From: an uncultured Planctomycetaceae bacterium
Lineage (GTDB): Bacteria; Planctomycetota; Planctomycetia; Isosphaerales; Isosphaeraceae
DNA: 64,000 nt
Assembly: GCA_963833985.1 (NCBI GenBank)
Contig: CAWIAD010000001.1
Location: 1,280,001-1,344,000, forward strand
Reading direction: 5' to 3'
Position numbers and translations under genes: made by a program. The notes under the pieces were generated by a model. The model had not been told where the DNA came from. It saw nothing but the letters and a program-made list of their open reading frames with translations, and did no database searches. Positions within the stretch are counted from its first letter, which is position 1. Every line of letters begins with the position of its first letter. Below are positions 11,861-22,187 of this stretch, one piece after another.

Positions 11861-12248
11861 CGACAGATCCTGTATTCTTGACCGAAGCCTGTTCCTTGTC
11901 GCGTTCCGCCTCACGTTTCCACGCGTCCGGGCGCACCGGGTCCGATTCCGGCGTCCTCAGACTAACCCAGCGGCCGGATCATCCGCTACGGGGACGGACC
12001 AGGGTGATCCGAGCGGAGCAGCCTTCACCTCGCGGCGCGGGATGCCACGCACGCCCGAATGCCAGAACATTAACAGAATTTCATCCCAGAATGAGTTCAG
12101 ACAGCTCTGCGTCCGTCCCGCGGGCCAAGAACTTGTCGACTCTCTTGTGGAATGCACGAAGTTTCACTGGCACCGCGGGATAGCGTCGCTCATGATGGAG
12201 TGTCACACGCAAGTTGAGGAACTTGCCTGAAGGATTGTCAGGCCTCGC

Positions 12249-13829
12249 GTGGGCGTGAGCGAGCGGTGTGATTCCCGGAGTCATCTCGCAGTGCCGAACG
12301 ATTCTCAAGCCGGCGCTGGTAGGCCCTCGACGGAGGACTTTCTGGCTAGCCTGGAAAGTGCGGGCATCCTCTCGGAGGCAGCCCTTCAAGAGGTGCGCGG
12401 CGCGCTGCCGGGTGAGCTCGGCGCTGACGATTCGGCGGCACTGGCCCAGTGGCTCGTCGAGCGCGGCAGCCTGAGCGAGTTCCAGGCCCATCGGCTGCTG
12501 GTCGGCAAGGCCCAGAGCCTGCTCTTCGGCCGGTACCTGCTGGTGGACCGCCTGGGAGTGGGGGCCATGGGGCGCGTGTTCAAGGCCCGGCATCGACTGA
12601 TGGATCGCCTGGTGGCGCTCAAGGTGGTACTGCCCGTGTGCGCGACCTCCAGGCACTCGGTGCAACGGTTCTTCCGCGAGATGAAGATCGTCGGCATGCT
12701 CGACCACCCCAACGTGGTCCGTGCCTTCGACGCCGACGAGCACGAGGGGTCGCCGTACATTGTCATGGAGTACCTGGAGGGGGACGACCTGGAACGAGTG
12801 CTGCGCCGCAGGAGCGTACTGCCCGTGCTGGAGGTCGTCGATTACATGGCTCAGGCCGCGCGCGGACTGGCCCACGCGCACGAGCGCGGAGTCGTACACC
12901 GCGATATCAAGCCCACCAACCTGTTTCTGGACAAGACCGGGGTTGTGAAGGTTCTCGACCTTGGCCTGGGTGCGTTCGTGGGCGTTTCCAGCGAGGGCGT
13001 GAGCCCGCACGACACCGACGAGGGCTTCGTGGTGGGAACCAGCGACTACATGTCGCCCGAACAGCTCTCCGGGCAGCCCATCGACGCCCGGACCGACCTG
13101 TTCAGCCTCGGCTGTGCCATGTACCGGCTGCTCACGGGAACCTTCGCCTTTCCCGGGACCAACAAGATGGACCGCATGGTCATGCGGATGCAAGAGCCGC
13201 ATGTGCCGATCTCGGACATCCGCAAGAACCTGCCCGTGCCGCTGGTCGCCCTGGTGGACGGCCTGCTCTCGCTGCGGCCCGAGGATCGCTTCGCCTCGGC
13301 CGACGAGGTGGCCGAGGAACTCGAGATGCTGCTGCCGCTCTCCGAGCGGCGCAACCGTGGTGCGCGGACCGGCCAGGCCGGCCGGCCCATTCGCGCCCTG
13401 GCCTCCCCGGTGCACGCGGACGCGGAGAAACCGCTCGACTGGAACCTGATCGAATCGGCCCTTCAGTCCAGGCGGGAATCCGCCTCCGAGCCCTCGGCAC
13501 CGTCTCGCCTCGCCGTGGATGAGAGCCCGCGTCCGACCGTGACGCAGCTTGACTCGCACCGCAGGAACCTCGAGCAGGACGGCGTCGAGACGGGCCGGCG
13601 CGTGCAGCAGGAATATCGCAAGGAAGTGATCCAACTGAAACGATCTCTGGCCGAGGAGCGCGCGCAGGACCCCGCGGCCGAAGCACCCACGGCGATGGAG
13701 CACTGGCTCGAGCGGCTGGGAGAGCAGATCGGCGACTTCCTGGCCGAACCCTCCGCCGGCCACATCATCGTCATCCTCGTCATCATCACCCTCATCGTCG
13801 CCATCGGCCTGGCGTACTCGCTCTCCTGA
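12249..13829 (+). CDS. Hanks-type Ser/Thr protein kinase with C-terminal TM
   Basis: LGVGAMGRV, VALK, HRDIKPTN, DLG, YMSPE, DLFSLG; C-terminal hydrophobic helix; start uncertain. Confidence 0.93.
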   Translation: MGVSERCDSRSHLAVPNDSQAGAGRPSTEDFLASLESAGILSEAALQEVRGALPGELGADDSAALAQWLVERGSLSEFQAHRLLVGKAQSLLFGRYLLVDRLGVGAMGRVFKARHRLMDRLVALKVVLPVCATSRHSVQRFFREMKIVGMLDHPNVVRAFDADEHEGSPYIVMEYLEGDDLERVLRRRSVLPVLEVVDYMAQAARGLAHAHERGVVHRDIKPTNLFLDKTGVVKVLDLGLGAFVGVSSEGVSPHDTDEGFVVGTSDYMSPEQLSGQPIDARTDLFSLGCAMYRLLTGTFAFPGTNKMDRMVMRMQEPHVPISDIRKNLPVPLVALVDGLLSLRPEDRFASADEVAEELEMLLPLSERRNRGARTGQAGRPIRALASPVHADAEKPLDWNLIESALQSRRESASEPSAPSRLAVDESPRPTVTQLDSHRRNLEQDGVETGRRVQQEYRKEVIQLKRSLAEERAQDPAAEAPTAMEHWLERLGEQIGDFLAEPSAGHIIVILVIITLIVAIGLAYSLS

Positions 13830-14034
13830 GTGTCGTGGTGATCGAGGTCAGCCGGAATCTGAGTCGCCTGCCCGAGCCGTCGCCCTCACGGCCGGGGCTG
13901 ATCGGGCTGGCATCTGGGTTCTGGTCGGGCTCACGCCCGAGGTTGGGGGCTGCGCACGTGAAAACCACGTGCTCACGCACGTGGCCATGCGCCGCAGAGT
14001 GGCATCGTCCCAGAATGGCCTTGGTGCGCCGACC

Positions 14035-14064
14035 GTAAGGTGGGTCAGCGTAGCGCAACCCACC
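14035..14064 (+). repeat. REP family A copy
   Basis: GTAAGGTGGGTCAGCGTAGCGCAACCCACC hairpin; near reverse complement of the REP disrupted by the IS. Confidence 0.8.
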
Positions 14065-14181
14065 GGCTGTCAGGGCCTTGCGTGCGCCGAACCGCACACG
14101 CCGTACGACGTCCTGGGACGATGCCCGCAGAGTCCATCACGCTCGCGCACGGTGTCGTGCGTCGCGGGCTCCAGGTGTGGC

Positions 14182-14210
14182 GGGTGTGTCCAGCGCGGCG
14201 ACGACGCACC
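14182..14210 (+). repeat. REP family B copy
   Basis: GGGTGTGTCCAGCGCGGCGACGACGCACC matches copies at 56071-56393. Confidence 0.7.
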
Positions 14211-15761
14211 AATCCGCGGCACGGGCTCGGGCGGAAACCGACGCGGCGATGTCCACATCGCACCGGATGGAGCGACTGCAAGACATCCTATCGCAGGCCA
14301 GGTGCACGCCCCGGCACGCAAGCATCGCCTGCCGTACGAATACACCTGCCCGACGGCTGAGGGGGAAAATCAAAAATTCCCCCAGATTCCTCCGTTTTTT
14401 GGCAGTTTCGGTCGGATCCTCATAGATAGACGGCAGATCCCGGCGCATCGGCCGCGGCTCGCCGAGGAGGTCGCTCCCCGCGCCGCTCCTCAGGTGAACC
14501 GCCGGCCAGGGCCGCTCTGCGCACCGCACAGAAGTCCTGCACCACCAATAAAGAAAGCAACACCGTGGCCAGTACAGCCCAGATCGCGGCCAATCGCCGC
14601 AACGCCGCAAAAAGCACGGGGCCGAAGAGCGACCAGGGCAAGGCCCGCGCACGGCTCAACGCGCTGAGGCATGGCGCCAACGCCCGCATCGCCATTCCCG
14701 TCCTGCCCCAGGAAGATCCCAAGGAGCTCGCCGAGCGGATCTTGCAGTGGACGTTCGAACTCGTGCCGCGCAACGACGTCGAACGCACCCTGGTCGGCCA
14801 TGCGGCGCGCATCGACTGGCAGATCGACCGCGCCGAGCGGGCCGAGACGGCTTACCTCGCGGCTCGCGTGCACCGCCAGCGCGACCGCGACGAGGCCACG
14901 CGGCTGAAGCAGGCCCACATCCTGGGCCGCGAGCTGCTGGATACCCTCGACCCGCGCGAGCGGTTCGGCAAAGCCGAGTACTACGAGGACATGCCCGCCG
15001 TCTTCCTCGCCCGGCTCGAGCAGCTCCCCGAGGGCTGCCGCTGGCTGCTGGCGCGGTGGTCCGAGTTCCGCAACCTCATCGACGTGCGGGCCGCCTGGAG
15101 CGAGACCGACCACTACCGGTTCCTGCGGCTCATGGGCAAGAGCTTCCTGGAAGGCATGATCGACCCGGCCGCCAACCGCGTATTCCAGGCCGTCGACGCG
15201 ATCGACCCGGGTCAGGGCCGCGAGCTCTGGGAGCTGTTCCGCAACATGAAAGCCAGCTCCGGCCCTTACTTCAGCGGCGCGATGCCGTGGCGGCGCTGTT
15301 GCGCCCGCCGGCGAACGCGAAAGAGGGCTGGGAGGTCCTCAGCTCGATCGTGGACGAGGCGATCCACCGGCTGGAAGCAAGGCTCGGCGAGCACGAGGAC
15401 CTGGAGCAGATGGAAGCCGACGCCGAGCCCGACCGCGCGGTCTTCGCCGCCAGCAAGGCCCTTGCGGTCCTGCGGCGGCACCAGGGTGCGCTGACCCGGG
15501 AGCTGCTGCGTACGCTGACCACGCTGTCGAAGCTGCAAAAAGCCGAGCTCGGCGCCGACAACAACAACGAAGCCGACCGCCTCCCCATGCCGGTTGTCCA
15601 TGAGCCGCAGGTCGGCCCCGCGCCCGAGCCGGACGCACGTCAACCACACGATGAATCGCGCAATGGCCGGAACGAAGGGGATGGTCCCGGAATGTCGTCG
15701 AGCGGGGGCATCTCGCCGCACGTAAAGGTCTGCAAGACGGTGGGTTGCACTGCGCTGACCC

Positions 15762-17209
15762 CATAGCGTCCAACTTAAGGAATTTGGCCTAGAAAAAAAG
15801 AAAGGAAGTCCTTAATCCAGTTCGCGTTGTATCGAGCAAGCGCGTCCTGGAAGAAGGAGCTTCCGTTGGGGATCATAAACAAGGTGGCCGTGTTGTTGCA
15901 ATCGAGCTTGGGTTCGAAACTCGACGAGATCGGTCGTGCGACGGGCGTGATCCGGCGGCAACGAAAATTCTCGGGCGCGTCGCTGCTCAAGACCATGGTT
16001 CTGACTGTGATGAAGACGCCTCGCCCCCATACCAACGACTTCGTCGCGACGGCGGCACTGCTGGGTGTGAACGTGACTGCCGAGGCGATCGAAAAGCGGT
16101 TCTCGGAGAAGCTCGTCGCGCACTTCGCGCGGGTTTGGAACACGTGTTGGAGTCCGTCGTGGAGGCGTCGGCGGCCGGCGTGGCGCTGCTGGACAAGTTC
16201 ACCGCCGTCGTGATCGCCGACAGCACCACGGTGACCTTGCCCGACGAATTCGAGGCGGAATTTCCCGGCTGCGGTGGCAAAACGGGCAGTGGTAAGGCAG
16301 CGGTGAAAATTCAGGTGGCGTGGGAACTGCGCCGCGGTCAGTTGGAGAAGTTGGAGGTCCATCCCGGTCGTCACAGCGACGCCACGAGCGTGGACGTGGA
16401 CGCACCAGTGGCCTCCGGATCGCTGACGCTCCGCGACCTGGGATACTTTTGCCTGGAGCGGTTCCGATCCATCGGCGCGCAAGGAGCTTATTGGATTTCG
16501 CGTTGGCAACACGGCACGGCCGTTTTCGACGCGGAGGGGCGGCGATGGGAGATGCTGGCGTTTCTCCGACGGCAACCCGCCGGCATGCCGGTCGACGTGT
16601 CGATCGCGGTGGGCGCGGCGGAGCGTCTGGGATGTCGGTTGATCGCCTTGCGAGTGCCTCCGGAGGTGGCGAACCGACGTCGGCAAGCGGCCTACGAAAA
16701 GGCTCAAAAACACGGCCGCGTGCCCACGCAAGAACATCTGGACTTGTGCGACTGGACGATTTTCCTGACCAACTGCCTGGCCGCACTTCTGACGTGGAAA
16801 GAGGTCGTGGTCCTGTATCGGACGCGCTGGCAAATCGAACTGCTGTTCAAACTTTGGAAATCTCACAACCACCTCGCCGAGTCGCGTGCACACTGGACCA
16901 GCATGGAACGCCTGGCGTTGTTCTGGGCGAAACTGATCGGCGTGGTGCTTCAGCATTGGCTGCTCCTGACCGCGAACGCGGCCGATCCCCGCCGCAGCCA
17001 CTGGAAAGCGGCCCGCGTCATCCGGAACTGGATGGAATCCCTGACCCGAGCGTTGGATAACATCGACGAGCTCATACGCACCTTGAGAGACATGGCCACG
17101 ACGATCGCCAGCGTCGCTCAGAAGAAACGTCGGAAGAAACGGCCCAGCCTATTCCAACTCCTTTTGGATCCAGAACTTCTGGAATGGAATCCTTAAGTTG
17201 GACGCTATG
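15762..17209 (+). mobile_element. IS4-family insertion sequence, 1448 bp, CAT...ATG ends
   Basis: Perfect 20-bp terminal IR CATAGCGTCCAACTTAAGGA (15762-15781 / 17190-17209); flanking 20-bp direct repeat GGGTTGC(A/G)CTGCGCTGACCC (15742-15761 / 17210-17229). Confidence 0.93.
15866..17196 (+). CDS. IS4-family DDE transposase; frameshift near 16130
   Basis: IADSTTVTLP (D), LRDLGYF (D), YRTRWQIELLFKLWKS (YREK signature); stop TAA inside right IR; AAGGAG before TTG 15866. Confidence 0.9.
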
Positions 17210-17638
17210 GGGTTGCGCTGCGCTGACCCACCCTACGGGTGGTTCTTCACGAGTTTCTCAGAGTATCTTGAACGAAGCCAATGATCTGGCGATGCAAGTT
17301 GATAGTGGCAAAGAAGATGCGGGCGTTGCGGAGCGAAACTGCCGGCCAGAAGGAACCCAATCGATCACGCGCCTCGGGCAGGAGGCGAATGGAGCGGGGG
17401 AAAGTGGCCAGAGGTGGAGAGGAGGCAGCAAGGGCCAGAGGAAGGACGGAAAAAGGAAGGATGTCCACCGAAGCACGCTGACGAATACGGTTGGACGGCG
17501 GAGACGCCGACCGAGCGGTCAAGTCGCCGCGGTGGACCCGTGATTCAGACCCGGCAGGGAGACACGCCCGGCCCGAGTCTCGACCGGCATATCGCGCCGG
17601 GAGGCCTCGGTCAGCCGGTTCCAGCGCACGGGCGTCGG

Positions 17639-19198
17639 TCAGGACGCTCCTGGCGAAGTCCGGGGACGGGCTTCGCGCGCGTTTCGGGCACCGATCCGCT
17701 CCCAGGCCAGATAGACCGGAACACCCGCCAGCACGATGAGAAAGCCGATCCCCGAGGTCTTGAAATTGAGGTAGATGAAGTCCACCACCAGGAGCACGGC
17801 CAGGGTGATGTAGATGAGAGCGGGAATCGGGTAGGCGAAGGTCCGGTAGGGCCGCTGGAGCAGGGGCGCCTTGATTCTGAGAAGAATCACCGCCCCGACC
17901 ATGAGCATGTAGAACGCGACATCCACGGGGATGATGTACTGGAGCAGGTCGCTGTAGAGGTTGCCGTACTTGATCGCCTGCGTGCCCGGGTCGATGGTGA
18001 CGGTGACCGGGAGCACGAGCAAGGCCGCCCAGAGGCCCTGGGCGGCGAGTGCGGCCGAGGGTACATGACGGGAATTCGTGGTGCCCACTCTCCGGAAGAA
18101 GAGGCCGTCGCGGGCCATCGCGTAGTAGACGCGGGCGCCCGCCAGGACCAATCCGTTCACGCACCCGAACGTGGAAACGAGAATCGCCCCGGCCATGGCG
18201 TAGCGCGCGCCCGACCCCAGCGCGGCCTCCATCGCCGCGGTTCCCACCCGGTCCTGGGGCGCATGCTGGATCTCGCCGAAGGGGAGCGAGACGAGGTACG
18301 CGACGTTGGCCAGCAGATAGAGCACCACGACGCTGGCCGTTCCCAGGAACAGGGCGCGTGGCAGCGTCTTGCCCGGATCACGCGTCTCGCCACCGGTGAA
18401 GGTGACGTTGTTCCAGGCCGATTGCGAAAAGAGCGGCCCGATCATGGCCATGCCCAGCAGGAACACGAGCGCAGGCGTCCCCTCGAGCGGCAACCGGCCG
18501 TCGTAGGCCGCCTGCGAGCTCCAGCCGTTCGCTGGCGCGTTCCACCACCAGGAGGTGAACGCAGCCGCCTTCATACTCCAGCCCAGGGTCAAGCCGATCA
18601 CGATCAGCGCGGTCAGTGCCGCGGTCTTCGCAAAGGTGAAGGAATTCTGAATCACCGTTCCAAGCTTCAGGCCACGCGTGTTCGCGGCCGTCAGAAGCAC
18701 GATCAGCACCAGTGCCACCATCTGCTGGGTGGACAGGCTCACCGCGTAGCCACCGAGGATGACCGGCCGGAACAGCGGGTGGTTCTCGGCCGAGATCGCC
18801 GGCCAGAAGACGCCCAGGAACTTGGCAAACGCCACGGCCACAGCCGCGATGGTTCCCGTCTGCACCACCAGGAAGAGCGACCAGCCGAACAGGAAGCCGA
18901 ACATGGGACCGTAGGCGACGCGCAGGAAGACATACTGCCCGCCGGCCCTGGGCATCATCGCGGCCAGCTCGGCGGAGGCCAGGGCCCCCGAGATCGTCAT
19001 CAGACCGGCCAGGGCCCAGGCCAGCAGCAGCCAGCCCGGCGCGCCGACGAGCCGTGCAGATTCGGCGGATGTGATGAAGATCCCCGAACCGATCATCGCC
19101 CCCATGACCAGCATGGTGGCATCGAGCCCCCCAATCTCGCGGTGCAAAGCACCCGCCCTGGCGGCCCTGGAGTGCGGGACGGCTTCCGGGGTCGGCAT
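17639..19198 (-). CDS. APC family amino acid permease
   Basis: MIGSGIF, AELAAMMPRAGGQY, GETRDP, ARVYYAMARDGLF, RPYRTFAYP; about 12 TMs. Confidence 0.92.
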   Translation of the reverse strand: MPTPEAVPHSRAARAGALHREIGGLDATMLVMGAMIGSGIFITSAESARLVGAPGWLLLAWALAGLMTISGALASAELAAMMPRAGGQYVFLRVAYGPMFGFLFGWSLFLVVQTGTIAAVAVAFAKFLGVFWPAISAENHPLFRPVILGGYAVSLSTQQMVALVLIVLLTAANTRGLKLGTVIQNSFTFAKTAALTALIVIGLTLGWSMKAAAFTSWWWNAPANGWSSQAAYDGRLPLEGTPALVFLLGMAMIGPLFSQSAWNNVTFTGGETRDPGKTLPRALFLGTASVVVLYLLANVAYLVSLPFGEIQHAPQDRVGTAAMEAALGSGARYAMAGAILVSTFGCVNGLVLAGARVYYAMARDGLFFRRVGTTNSRHVPSAALAAQGLWAALLVLPVTVTIDPGTQAIKYGNLYSDLLQYIIPVDVAFYMLMVGAVILLRIKAPLLQRPYRTFAYPIPALIYITLAVLLVVDFIYLNFKTSGIGFLIVLAGVPVYLAWERIGARNAREARPRTSPGAS

Positions 19199-19337
19199 CA
19201 GGGTGAAGTCTCCGTGGACGTGATCGTGGACAGACGAGGTGAGCAAGATGAAGCTGGCACGTACTCGAGCGCGAGGGCCCAGTCAGGCCGGCGGCTGCGT
19301 TGGCCCTGCGCGCCGCTGGCGGCGCCGGACAAACCCG

Positions 19338-19574
19338 TCAGCCGGCGTTTTTCACAAAGGCCTCGACGTCCGCGATGGCCTGGGTCAAGCTTTCGCGACG
19401 CCAGTCAGTCAGGGCGGTGTCCATCGCGAGGGCCAGCTTGTTGGCCAGCAGCGCGGCCGCCTCCCTGGGAGATTCGCCATCGGCGCGTATCTCGGAAAAG
19501 TCCCGGTGGTGCACCTGGGCGGTGTTCGCGGTCGCACCGGCGCTGACGATCACACGGCTGAGGTCGGTATCCAT
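19338..19574 (-). CDS. 78-aa hypothetical protein, weak resemblance to HicB N-terminal fold
   Basis: MDTDLSRVIV...HHRDFSEIRADGESPREAAALL; GGAG upstream. Confidence 0.65.
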   Translation of the reverse strand: MDTDLSRVIVSAGATANTAQVHHRDFSEIRADGESPREAAALLANKLALAMDTALTDWRRESLTQAIADVEAFVKNAG

Positions 19575-20181
19575 GAGAGGCTCCGTCGAGAGGAGAGCGT
19601 CGCTGTGCGTTGACCGGGTTGAAGTTGAGGCTGCGATGGAGGAAGGCGGTCGAAACGGGTCGAGGGATCGCACCCATGCAGAGCCGCTCGAGCCCCGGAC
19701 CGAAGGCAGAGCCGGTCACCTCCGCAGGATCGCGACCGAGCGCGAGACGCGTTGGGAGTCGACCCTCTCGGCTCCAACCATTTCAACCCATCGATCGACG
19801 CCGTGCCAGAGCATATTCACTTTGACACCCGGTTCCCCGAGCGGTCCGCCGCGGCAAGCACGGCCGATCGCAATAGCCCAAGGCCACGGGCGATCCACAA
19901 CGCGAAACGGGAACCTGGCGGGCTGGGCCCGCAGTATGGTGCCCGGGAGCGCACGACCTGCTGGCACTGGCTCAGGCCCGCGTGCCATTGGCATCAGCAG
20001 CTTCAGTCGTTGCCGGGACGCATTCCGCGTGCCATGCACTGGCCGGGCGTCTCGATCCGTGCGGCCTCGAGCCGCTGCTGGTTCTTCGCGGTTCAAGTGC
20101 CGCCAGTGCGGGCTGCTCCAGGCCGTCGATGTTGGCCAGAGGGCTGGAGAAGTCTGGTGGAGGTCATCGGCAGGGCGATGT

Positions 20182-20586
20182 TCAGCGAGCGACGGCGGCC
20201 GCCGGCTGGCGCGATCGGACCGCGGCATCGTGCCGATCCAGGTGCTCGCGTGCTAGGGCAACGATGGCGTCGAGCGTTTCCGGATCGTGGATCGCCAGCT
20301 CCGAAAGGCTCTTGCGGTCCAGGCCGATGCCGGCCAGCTTGAGCCCGTGGATCAACCGGCTGTAGCGGAGGCCGCGCATCTCGGCGGCGGCGCTGAGCCG
20401 GGTGATGAAGAGCCTCCGGAAATCGCGCTTCTTGGCGCGTCGGTCCCGGAACGCGAACATCCCGGCGCACAGCAAGGTTTCCTTGGCGGACTTCAACAGC
20501 CGTCGACGGCCGCCCACGAACCCCTTGGCGGCCTTGAAGATTCGCTTTTTCGCCTGATTTCGAGCCGCACCACTCTTGGAACGCAT
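20182..20586 (-). CDS. rplT: 50S ribosomal protein L20
   Basis: KRIFKAAKGFVG, FRDRRAKKRDFRRLFITRL, YSRLIHGLK, LDRKSLSELA. Confidence 0.97.
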   Translation of the reverse strand: MRSKSGAARNQAKKRIFKAAKGFVGGRRRLLKSAKETLLCAGMFAFRDRRAKKRDFRRLFITRLSAAAEMRGLRYSRLIHGLKLAGIGLDRKSLSELAIHDPETLDAIVALAREHLDRHDAAVRSRQPAAAVAR

Positions 20587-20675
20587 CGTTCGGGTCTCGT
20601 CTCAATCGTGGGGTGCCCGCGCGGGCACCCGAGCCATAGTTCCTGGGAATCGCCATCGCGGCGGCCGGGGGACGA

Positions 20676-20972
20676 TCACTCTGAGGACGGGGCGGGATCC
20701 ACGGGCGCGGCCTCCGCCTTGCCGGCCAGGGCGGCCTGCTTGCTGGCTTCCACATCCAGCGGGTTGACCGACTGGCGAACCAGCACGGCGTTGCGAACGC
20801 GCCGCGATTCGGCCGAGACGTCGAGAGTTGACTTCTTGCGCAACCGGCGAACCTGCTTCCCGTTCTTGTGGCTCATCAGGTGCGACGAGCCACAGCGCTT
20901 GTGCTGCACCTTGCCGTTGGCCGAAACCTTGAACCGCTTCTTCATTCCCTTGTGGGTCTTCAACTTGGGCAT
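20676..20972 (-). CDS. rpmI: 50S ribosomal protein L35 with C-terminal extension
   Basis: MPKLKTHKGMKKRFKVSANGKV...SHLMSHK. Confidence 0.96.
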   Translation of the reverse strand: MPKLKTHKGMKKRFKVSANGKVQHKRCGSSHLMSHKNGKQVRRLRKKSTLDVSAESRRVRNAVLVRQSVNPLDVEASKQAALAGKAEAAPVDPAPSSE

Positions 20973-21435
20973 GATCGCAATATCCTGTCAGTGCTCACGG
21001 CTGGCATTTCCCGACACCATCGCGTCGCCGTGAGCGGCAAAGGCTCGATCGACCCGATCGCGTCTCGCATCAGCAACCACTGTCACTTTTCACGGTGCGG
21101 CACGAGCTCAACCTGGCGGAACTGGCGAAAACCAGACCGCCGAGGGAAGGGCTCGACTTTGGCCGGGCAAGAGTCGTCTGGCGGAATCCCTGGGCCGGCC
21201 TGGCACGGCTCCGTGGCGCAGACCTTGAATGGTAGCAACGAAACCCGGTCCGCGTCCAGCGTCAATCCCGGGGGGATTGCGGAGCCCGCCTGATTCCAGA
21301 GGCAGACCGCGGGCTGCCGGGCGCAATTCACGGGCCACCGCAAGCCAGTTTGCCATGCCCTGGATACCCGCGGTCACCCGCGACGGCACCGGATGAGCAA
21401 GCTCGATCACGTCGCACCTGGAGAGCGGATCGCAG

Positions 21436-21954
21436 TCATGCGGTCGTCTTCGGAGCAAGGATCGCCGTCATGCGGCGACCTTCCATCGACGGATTCTTCT
21501 CGAGCTTCCCCACCTCCTCGAGGGCCTGGAGTACTTCCTCCATGACCCTGCGACCCTCATCGATGTGGGCGAGCTCGCGGCCGCGGAACAGCACATTCAC
21601 CAGCACCTTGTCCTTGTGCTCGAGAAACTCGCGAGCTCGCTTCACCTTGACCTCGATGTCATGGTCACCGGTCTTTGGCCGAACCCGGATTTCCTTGACC
21701 TGGATCTGGTGCTGCTTCTGCTTGGAGAGCTTCTTCTTCTGGGTGTACTTGAACTTGCCGTAGTCGATGACCTTGCAGACCGGGGGCCGCTCATTGGGAG
21801 CAACCTCGACCAGGTCCATGCCTGCCTCGCGGGCGGTCTCGAGAGCCTTACTGGTGGGCATCACGCCCAGCATGGCTCCATCGGCACTGATGACTCGCAC
21901 GGGTGAAATGCGAATCTGTTCATTAACCCTCAAACCACGCTCGATCGGTCCGAT
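21436..21954 (-). CDS. infC: Translation initiation factor IF-3; probable ATC start
   Basis: [43 protein letters not shown] 5 nt before ATC at 21954. Confidence 0.96.
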   Translation of the reverse strand: MGPIERGLRVNEQIRISPVRVISADGAMLGVMPTSKALETAREAGMDLVEVAPNERPPVCKVIDYGKFKYTQKKKLSKQKQHQIQVKEIRVRPKTGDHDIEVKVKRAREFLEHKDKVLVNVLFRGRELAHIDEGRRVMEEVLQALEEVGKLEKNPSMEGRRMTAILAPKTTA

Positions 21955-22098
21955 GACGTCCTCCCCGGGGACGAAAACAAGAATCTGCCTCGCCAAGGCG
22001 GTATGCCATTTGCCGAGCGCCGGCCGCGAATCGGAAACCGAGCGCTGCGGTGACTGACCCCCAAAGCCCGTCTGGCGGTCGCCGCGAGGCAACCCAAA

Positions 22099-22127
22099 TT
22101 TTTACTACCGGAAAGCTGGCCTGTCAA
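22099..22127 (-). promoter_or_regulatory. Candidate sigma-70 promoter for infC
   Basis: TTGACA-17-TAAAAA on the minus strand. Confidence 0.45.
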
Positions 22128-22155
22128 GATCCGATGAACATCCGGAGATCCGGAA

Positions 22156-22187
22156 AATCCTGGAATCCTGGAATCCTGGAATCCTGG
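22156..22187. repeat. 8-bp tandem repeat (AATCCTGG) x4
   Basis: Four exact copies, preceded by degenerate ATCCGG units. Confidence 0.9.

Larger units (their letters stand above)
14565..17543 (+). pseudogene. 'AQIAANRRNA..STGP' family hypothetical gene interrupted by an IS4 element; also frameshifted near 15290
   Basis: N-terminus MASTAQIAANRRNAAKSTGPKSDQGKARARLNALRHG; removing the IS and one TSD joins KTVGC(T/A)ALT to HPTGGSSRVSQSILNEAND in frame to the stop at 17543. Confidence 0.7.

Noticed and set aside
16120..16140. Programmed frameshift in the transposase
   Set aside because: No slippery heptamer seen; IS4 transposases are single-ORF; similar indels occur throughout the window.
15759..17212. 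23-bp inverted repeats including CCC/GGG
   Set aside because: The extra CCC/GGG are the ends of the duplicated palindromic target; CAT...ATG ends give a clean 20-bp duplication.
14035..17236. RAYT-like gene flanked by inverted REPs
   Set aside because: The second REP lies inside the reconstructed ORF and no HUH/Y1 motif is evident.
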